Shown here: one piece after another, positions 58,336-64,000 of the stretch
How the letters are laid out: each line of letters opens with the position of its first letter
Numbering within the stretch: position 1 is the stretch's first letter
DNA from: Candidatus Omnitrophota bacterium
GTDB lineage: Bacteria > Omnitrophota > Omnitrophia > Omnitrophales > Aquincolibacteriaceae
DNA: 64,000 bases
Assembly (NCBI GenBank): GCA_903856085.1
Contig: CAIOAT010000012.1
Coordinates: 39,020 to 103,019 of the forward strand
Direction: 5' to 3'
Notes under the pieces: generated by a model
What the model saw: the letters and a program-made list of their open reading frames with translations, nothing else
Told to the model about the DNA's origin: nothing
Databases searched by the model: none
Program-made: the position numbers and the translations under genes

Positions 58336-58902
58336 ATGGTCATTGCATCAGATATCCGGGTTGGGAATGTGATTCGCGTGGACGGGAAGCTTTGCAAGGT
58401 TCTGACGCAGGAGATACGCGGGACGGGGAAATTCGGCAAGAGCGCGATGCTCAAGCTCAAGAGCCTTGAGGAAGGGAATGTGATCGAAAAGAAAATGTCG
58501 GCAGATGCGAATGCAGAGGAAGTGGACGTCCATGTCGTGAAGATGCAGTATCTTTACCGGGAAGGCGACCACTTCATGTTTATGAATATGGAGACCTTTG
58601 ATCAGTTCCCCCTGTCAGCGAAAGCGGTTGGCAAACATGAGGTATTCCTCAGGGAGAATGAAGTGATCGAGGTGCTTTTCGGCGAAGGAAAGGTTCTGAG
58701 CATCGCGTTCCCGAAGATTGTCGAGCTTAAGGTGGTCAGCACGCCGAAGGGGCTGGGAGCAGATGCGAATTTCAAGGAAGCTGAACTGGAGAACGGGCTC
58801 ATGGTTCTGGTGCCGCAATTCGTCAGCGAGGGCGAAACAATCCGTCTTAATACAGACGATCTGAGTTATCTGGACCGGATTTCCGTTCGCAGCATGTCCT
58901 GA
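58336..58902 (+). CDS. efp: translation elongation factor P
   Basis: MVIASDIRVGNVIRVDGK N-terminus; contains the conserved modified-Lys loop region (GKFGKS). Confidence 0.9.
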   Translation: MVIASDIRVGNVIRVDGKLCKVLTQEIRGTGKFGKSAMLKLKSLEEGNVIEKKMSADANAEEVDVHVVKMQYLYREGDHFMFMNMETFDQFPLSAKAVGKHEVFLRENEVIEVLFGEGKVLSIAFPKIVELKVVSTPKGLGADANFKEAELENGLMVLVPQFVSEGETIRLNTDDLSYLDRISVRSMS

Positions 58903-58942
58903 GATTCGTACGGAGTGCCGTGTGCGGCGAGGGACTGAGGAA

Positions 58943-59506
58943 ATGAAAAAGATCTTCGGTTTATTTTTAACGGGAGTCCTCTTGACAGCCTTGCCGATTT
59001 TCGGACAAGCGGAAGAGGCTAGGAGAAAGATCGATGTCTGGAGTTCCGCATTCGGAGAAGGGGCCAGGATCCCCTCGGATTTTACTTGCGACGGAGCCGA
59101 CATGTCGCCGCCGATCGAATGGTCCGGCGTTCCTGCCAACGCAGAAAGTCTTGCCGTCATCATGGATGATCCCGATGCTCCGGCCGGAAACTGGAAGCAT
59201 TGGCTGGTCTATAATCTTTCCCCGGATTTGACACTATTGCCGGCCGGAATTCCCGCCGGAGAGAAACTTCCCAGTGGAGGGTTCCAGGGTCGCACTGATT
59301 TTGGGAAGGCGAGTTACCAGGGGCCGTGTCCGCCGAATGGCGAACATCGTTATTTCTTCAAGATCTATGCTCTTGACACAATGCTCCGCTTGAAGCCCGG
59401 CGCGTCCAAACAAGAATTGTCCCGGGTCATGCAGGGGCACATTCTGGCGGAAGGTGTTTTAATGGGCAAATACGATCGCTCGTGGAAAATTCTGGAGACT
59501 GAATGA
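58943..59506 (+). CDS. YbhB/YbcL-family PEBP (Raf-kinase-inhibitor-like) protein, secreted
   Basis: RBS GAGGAA precedes the ATG. Signal peptide. Motif DPDAPAG...WKHW present. Confidence 0.8.
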   Translation: MKKIFGLFLTGVLLTALPIFGQAEEARRKIDVWSSAFGEGARIPSDFTCDGADMSPPIEWSGVPANAESLAVIMDDPDAPAGNWKHWLVYNLSPDLTLLPAGIPAGEKLPSGGFQGRTDFGKASYQGPCPPNGEHRYFFKIYALDTMLRLKPGASKQELSRVMQGHILAEGVLMGKYDRSWKILETE

Positions 59507-59907
59507 ATACGGAGCACGTTGTGCATCACCGGAAAAAAAGGATTTTGGCCGTCGACGATGACGGGTTGGTGCGAAGGTCGCTTGAAATTCTCCTCAGGGA
59601 TGCGGGCTTCGAACCGACCGTTGCAAGTGGCGGGCAGGAAGCTTTGGGGTTTCTCACCCAAAGGCATTTCGATCTTTTGATCACGGATATCCGCATGCCG
59701 GGAATGGACGGGCTTCAGGTCATTCGAGCGGTTCGGGATTATTGCCAGGAAATGAAAAAAGATCCGATCCCCGAGATCGTGCTGACAGCTTACAACGATG
59801 AAGCGGTCAGGCAATCGGCTGTCCGGCTGGGGGTGAAGGAATTTCTCTTAAAGCCGTTCAAGATCGATGAGTTTTTGAAGGTCCTGGCGCATAATTTAAG
59901 CCAGTAA
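59503..59907 (+). CDS. single-domain response regulator (CheY-like receiver)
   Basis: Receiver motifs ILAVDDD...LITDIRMPGMDG...K present. Confidence 0.8.
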   Translation: MNTEHVVHHRKKRILAVDDDGLVRRSLEILLRDAGFEPTVASGGQEALGFLTQRHFDLLITDIRMPGMDGLQVIRAVRDYCQEMKKDPIPEIVLTAYNDEAVRQSAVRLGVKEFLLKPFKIDEFLKVLAHNLSQ

Positions 59908-59957
59908 CCCTTGCAATGGGCGTTTGCATTTTTTTTTAGATAGGGTATCATGCACCC

Positions 59958-60329
59958 ATGAAATCGAATGATTTGGATTTTGAGATCTCATTCCTCGAAG
60001 GCGTTTTGAAGCACCGCCCCAACTATATTGACGCCTTGGCCCCGCTCGCGGAGGCCTATACGCGCCAGGGTCTCTTTGAAAAAGGCCTTGAGATTGACAA
60101 ACGACTCGCTTTTCTCTGCCAGGACGATCCGGTCGTTCATTATAACCTCGCCTGCAGCTATGTCCTTTCCGGGTATACCGCAAAGGCCCTGACAGCGCTT
60201 CGGCAAGCGGTCCGTTTGGGATTTACGGACCTGGGGCATCTGCAAAAAGATCCGGACTTGAAGCCCCTGCGCGAGTATCCTCCGTTCCAGAAATGGCTTT
60301 TGACCCTTTCTCAAACAACGAAATCCTGA
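59958..60329 (+). CDS. TPR-like repeat protein
   Basis: 123-aa helical protein with TPR-like AxxxLxxA patterns. Confidence 0.45.
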   Translation: MKSNDLDFEISFLEGVLKHRPNYIDALAPLAEAYTRQGLFEKGLEIDKRLAFLCQDDPVVHYNLACSYVLSGYTAKALTALRQAVRLGFTDLGHLQKDPDLKPLREYPPFQKWLLTLSQTTKS

Positions 60330-60350
60330 GAAGATCTTTCCAAAAATCTC

Positions 60351-61463
60351 ATGTCTCTTTCCCCAAAATTGAAGAATAAGAAGCAGGAGCATATCGCGGC
60401 TCATCACGGCCGGAAATTGCTCCGGTTCCTTGAAAAGAAAAAAGATTCTATTTCGCCTCTTCTGATCGTGACGCATGATTATCCCGATCCGGACGCCATT
60501 GCGACGGCCATGGGGCTTCAATATCTCGCGGAGCGTCTCCATGGGATCAAGTCCAGGATCGTGTACAAGGGGATCATCGGGCGCGTGGAGAACCGGGCTA
60601 TGGTGGATCTTCTCAAAGTCCCGATCCACAAGTTCCGTCCTTCGGACATCAAAAGTTATGAAAATGCCGCGCTGATCGATACTCAGCCTGAATTTGAGAA
60701 TAATCCCTATCCGCGGAACAAAAAAGTTACGCTGGTGATCGATCAGCATCCGTACGTGAAACGCCCCCTCGCGGAGCTTGCTATTATCGATCCGGATTGT
60801 GGTGCCACGAGCGTGATCCTTTCGCAGGCGCTGCTTCTGAGCGGTCTTGAGATCCCGAGACGGATCGCGACCGCACTCGCCTATGGCATTCTCTCAGACA
60901 CGCTGAATCTCTATCGGGCGCATCGGGCTGATATTATCCAGACCTATCTTGATATTCTGCCACTTTGCGACATGCGAGCCCTAATCCGTATCCAGAATCC
61001 TCCGAAGTCCAAGAAATTTTTCAGCACGCTAAACCGCGGACTTCAGGGCGCGCGAGCGTTCCGGGGCGTGATCGTGTCACATCTCGGGGAAGTAGAACAT
61101 CCGGATCTTGTCTCAGAGATCGCGGATTTCCTTTTGGCGTATAAAGGTATGGAGCGATCGCTTTGTACGGGCCGTTATAAAGACAAATTGCACGTGTCCC
61201 TCCGGAGCAACCGGCTGACAGACGAAACCCCGGAAATCCTTCGTGATATCTTTGATGACCGCAAGGAAGCCGGCGGTCATGACATGGTCGCCGGCGGTAG
61301 TTTTCATGTGCGTGGCAAGGATAAAGACGAAACCCGCTGGCATGACGCCGAGTTCACGCTTGTCGTTCGACTCCTAAAGCGTTTGCGCCTTCCCACGAAA
61401 GCCGATTTTTATAAACCTTTTCAACATGAAAAACCAGAATTGGCTTCTAAAAAAGAACTCTAG
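60351..61463 (+). CDS. nrnA: DHH/DHHA1 phosphoesterase (NrnA-like bifunctional oligoribonuclease / pAp phosphatase)
   Basis: DHH motif VTHDYPDPDAIATA. C-terminal DHHA1 GGGH motif. Confidence 0.75.
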   Translation: MSLSPKLKNKKQEHIAAHHGRKLLRFLEKKKDSISPLLIVTHDYPDPDAIATAMGLQYLAERLHGIKSRIVYKGIIGRVENRAMVDLLKVPIHKFRPSDIKSYENAALIDTQPEFENNPYPRNKKVTLVIDQHPYVKRPLAELAIIDPDCGATSVILSQALLLSGLEIPRRIATALAYGILSDTLNLYRAHRADIIQTYLDILPLCDMRALIRIQNPPKSKKFFSTLNRGLQGARAFRGVIVSHLGEVEHPDLVSEIADFLLAYKGMERSLCTGRYKDKLHVSLRSNRLTDETPEILRDIFDDRKEAGGHDMVAGGSFHVRGKDKDETRWHDAEFTLVVRLLKRLRLPTKADFYKPFQHEKPELASKKEL

Positions 61464-61493
61464 GGATTGGACCGAAAAGCCGTTTCTTCTGAT

Positions 61494-63206
61494 ATGAATC
61501 AAACCGTCATGAAAGCGTTTTACACCTCTCTTTTGCTTATTGCGGGTTTGCTGTTCGCAAGCGGGGAGCTTTTTGCGGCAAACCAAGACAATACTCATTT
61601 TGGAGCCTCCGCAGCCGTTCAGGAATCCAAAATCCGCGATCAAGCCGAAGATCAATTATACCAGCCCAATGTTGCCAAACCTGTTGCTTTCGAGGAAGAA
61701 CAAACCCAGGAAGCTCCGGCGACCGGTCCTTCCTTTTTCATAAAGAAAATCATCCTTGAAGGCGATGTGATGCTTGAGACGCCGGAATACGAGCCCCTTC
61801 TTCAAAAATTCGAGGGACGAGAGGTCCGTTTTGAAGAACTCCAGAAGCTGATCAGTATGCTCGAACAATTGTTCCGTGCGAAAGGCTACATCGCAGTCGT
61901 TCTGCTCCCGCCCCAGAAAATGGAAAATCAGGAAATCCATCTTCGGGCTGTGACCTCGCGCATGGGGGATCTTTCGATCGAGAAGAATCGTTATTATGCC
62001 CAATGGCGTACGCGATCCTACTGGCAAATCCGCAGGGGCGATGTTCTCCGCTATGATAAAATCCGTGACAATGTCATGGATATGAACGAAAACCCTGACC
62101 GCGTCGTGAAGCCGATCCTGAAGGCCGGTGCGGAAAAAGGGACGACGGATGTGGTGCTGGATGTCGAAGATCATTTTCCGCTTCATGCGGGTTATTCTTT
62201 CGATAACCAGGGTGTCAAGTTGACGGGGAAGGATCGTCAAGGGTTTACGCTCCGCAATAATAATTTTCTTGGCTTGGATGATACGTTCCTGATCGGGACG
62301 ACCTTCGGCAAGGCTTTCGGGGCTCTCTATCTTTATCATGTGATCCCGATCTCGAATTTCGGAACGAAATTCATCTGGTCGATCAGTCATGCACAAGTCA
62401 ATCCCAAAAAAGAATTTTCAATCGCCGGGATCAACGGAACTTCCGAGACTTACAGTCTGGCCCTGCAGCAGCGCGTGATCCGGACAGATAAATATTCTGG
62501 GAATGTTCAGCTCGGGTTTGATTTCAAGGAAAAACACACATCCGCATATAGCGTGACCACAGCCTGGGATAAGGAGCGCGTTATTTCGCTTACGGGGAAC
62601 CTTCAGTCCCGTGATCGTTGGGGGGGCTGGGGATTGGGGCAGGGTGTTTATTTTGGGCTCCCGACCTTCGGTGATGGGTGGGCTCTTGCAAGCGGTAACG
62701 GAGTGCAGTCCTTTTTCAAATACACTTATTCTCTGACGCGAGTGACACAATTGCCATGGCGTACGAAGTCGACTTGGAACCTTCAGGGTCAGCTCTCGCC
62801 GGATCCACTCCTGCCGCAGGAGCAGATGTTCCTGGGTGGCGCCAATTCCGTCCGTGGTTATCCGGAGAGCGATTATGGTGCGGACCAGGCGATCCAGTCC
62901 CAGTTGGACTATCTTTTACCGCCTTATGGAATGCCGGATCAGTGGAGGCTTCCCTTCGATACAGCTCCGCTGAAAGATCAGGTGAACCTTATTGCTTTCT
63001 TCGATACGGCTTATGGCCGGGCGCATGATCCTTCCGCGGATTCTGAATACCGGTCTGATTTTCTGATGGGGGCCGGCGGGGGTTTCGAGCTTCGCTACCG
63101 GAAGAACATTACGACGCGCGTGCAGTGGGGTGTTCCGTTGGGAGATAAGCCGATCACCGAGGCGGGACGTTCCCAGCTTCATTTCACATTCAACGTCAAT
63201 TACTAG
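61494..63206 (+). CDS. ShlB/FhaC/HecB-family two-partner-secretion outer-membrane transporter (TpsB)
   Basis: Signal peptide. POTRA region FFIKKIILEGD...L..F.G. C-terminal beta-barrel ending FTFNVNY. A TTG-initiated ORF begins at 61467. Confidence 0.75.
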   Translation: MNQTVMKAFYTSLLLIAGLLFASGELFAANQDNTHFGASAAVQESKIRDQAEDQLYQPNVAKPVAFEEEQTQEAPATGPSFFIKKIILEGDVMLETPEYEPLLQKFEGREVRFEELQKLISMLEQLFRAKGYIAVVLLPPQKMENQEIHLRAVTSRMGDLSIEKNRYYAQWRTRSYWQIRRGDVLRYDKIRDNVMDMNENPDRVVKPILKAGAEKGTTDVVLDVEDHFPLHAGYSFDNQGVKLTGKDRQGFTLRNNNFLGLDDTFLIGTTFGKAFGALYLYHVIPISNFGTKFIWSISHAQVNPKKEFSIAGINGTSETYSLALQQRVIRTDKYSGNVQLGFDFKEKHTSAYSVTTAWDKERVISLTGNLQSRDRWGGWGLGQGVYFGLPTFGDGWALASGNGVQSFFKYTYSLTRVTQLPWRTKSTWNLQGQLSPDPLLPQEQMFLGGANSVRGYPESDYGADQAIQSQLDYLLPPYGMPDQWRLPFDTAPLKDQVNLIAFFDTAYGRAHDPSADSEYRSDFLMGAGGGFELRYRKNITTRVQWGVPLGDKPITEAGRSQLHFTFNVNY

Positions 63207-63347
63207 TACCGTCTTTCATTTGTTTTTAGCAGTGCTAAAACCTTGCTCCGCCGAGGTTTTCCGCTTTAATTGATTACCAAGAATTTCCTCGAAAGGCTAT
63301 AATACGACCGTTGTTTTTTGCTACCCCATCATCTAGGAGAATCGATC

Positions 63348-63944
63348 ATGAAAAAGGCATTGTTCATCACTCTCGGGCTTATTGTCATCATAGTACTTTT
63401 GGGAGCGCTTGTGTTTGGCGGCGTTTATAACAATCTTGTGACCAAAGAAGAAGGCGTGACAAGCGCTTGGTCGCAGGTGGAGAATGTTTATCAGCGACGT
63501 TCGGACCTCGTGCCGAATCTGGTCGCGACGGTGAAAGGCTATGCTACCCATGAAAAAGAGACACTTCAGAACGTGATCGAAGCGCGTTCCAAGATCTCTA
63601 AAATGAACATTACTCCGGAACTGCTTAACAGTCCTGACGCTCTCGCAAAATTCCAGGAAGCGCAAACCCAACTCACCTCTGCCCTCAGCCGTCTGATGGT
63701 TGTGGTGGAGCGATACCCGGAACTCAAGGCCAGTGAAAACTTTCTTATGCTTCAGACCCAGCTGGAAGGGACCGAGAACCGCATCACGGTCGAGCGTCAG
63801 CGTTTCAATGAAGCCGCCCAGGATTTCAACACCTTTCGCCGTCGTTTCCCGAATGTGGTGGTAGCCGGGGCCATGGGCTTTAAGAATAAAGCCTATTTCG
63901 AGGCGGCTCAGGATGCCAAGACCGTTCCGCAGGTCAAGTTCTAG
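63348..63944 (+). CDS. lemA: LemA-family protein
   Basis: RBS AGGAGA precedes the ATG. N-terminal TM helix and the LemA core (NLVTKEEGV...YQRRSDLVPNLV). Confidence 0.8.
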   Translation: MKKALFITLGLIVIIVLLGALVFGGVYNNLVTKEEGVTSAWSQVENVYQRRSDLVPNLVATVKGYATHEKETLQNVIEARSKISKMNITPELLNSPDALAKFQEAQTQLTSALSRLMVVVERYPELKASENFLMLQTQLEGTENRITVERQRFNEAAQDFNTFRRRFPNVVVAGAMGFKNKAYFEAAQDAKTVPQVKF

Positions 63945-64000
63945 GCAGTGCTAAGGAAAAAGGGACAGTTTCAATTCCCATCCATGAAAAAAAATCTAAA

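Noticed and set aside
63223-63232. GCAGTGCTAA occurring after both the TpsB stop and the LemA stop (63948-63957)
   Set aside because: It is only a 10-mer seen twice, with a short possible hairpin (TTTAGCA/TGCTAAA) in the first copy. That is too little to call a terminator family.

Overview
This 64 kb window is a gene-dense, mostly +strand chromosomal segment of a bacterium with GC around 54%. The gene content suggests an anaerobic, uncultivated-type lineage (abundant TPR/HEAT proteins, a tail-fibre-like secreted protein, a fused ETF); this is a guess, not a database result. About 75 protein genes and one tRNA are supported, in these blocks:
- ETF-QO plus a fused EtfB-EtfA.
- Thiamine and serine genes (thiD, thrH-like) and a HIT protein.
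- An orphan histidine kinase divergent from an orphan PilT-like ATPase.
- An AI-2E permease, hldD, folB, and RNA-modification genes (RlmD-like, trmB, pseudouridine synthase).
- A sulfur amino-acid cluster (rrf2, metY, DUF2292, outer-membrane beta-barrel, cysK, metX, metW, a methyltransferase, a metB/C-like gene), closed by a second Rrf2 gene.
- A tightly coupled four-gene operon (orphan ABC-type ATPase, UreG/HypB-like G3E GTPase, NifS/IscS-type cysteine desulfurase, Cys-rich RnfB-N-type Fe-S protein) that does not match any assembly system I recognise. This is the most interesting locus.
- queF and tpx, TPR and HAD proteins, a DsbD-like protein, an LptF/G permease.
- tRNA(CAU) immediately followed by tilS-ftsH-folP.
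- An 799-aa HEAT-repeat protein.
- yebC-ruvC-[tail-fibre-like protein with S74 chaperone domain]-ruvA-ruvB.
- cdaA-cdaR, pdxJ, nnrD, a radical SAM gene, a Cas4-like nuclease, efp, a PEBP protein, a response regulator, an NrnA-like DHH enzyme, an orphan TpsB, and LemA.

Three families of conserved intergenic elements with hairpin structure recur in 5' leaders (four, three and two copies). No transposase, integrase or CRISPR array was seen.
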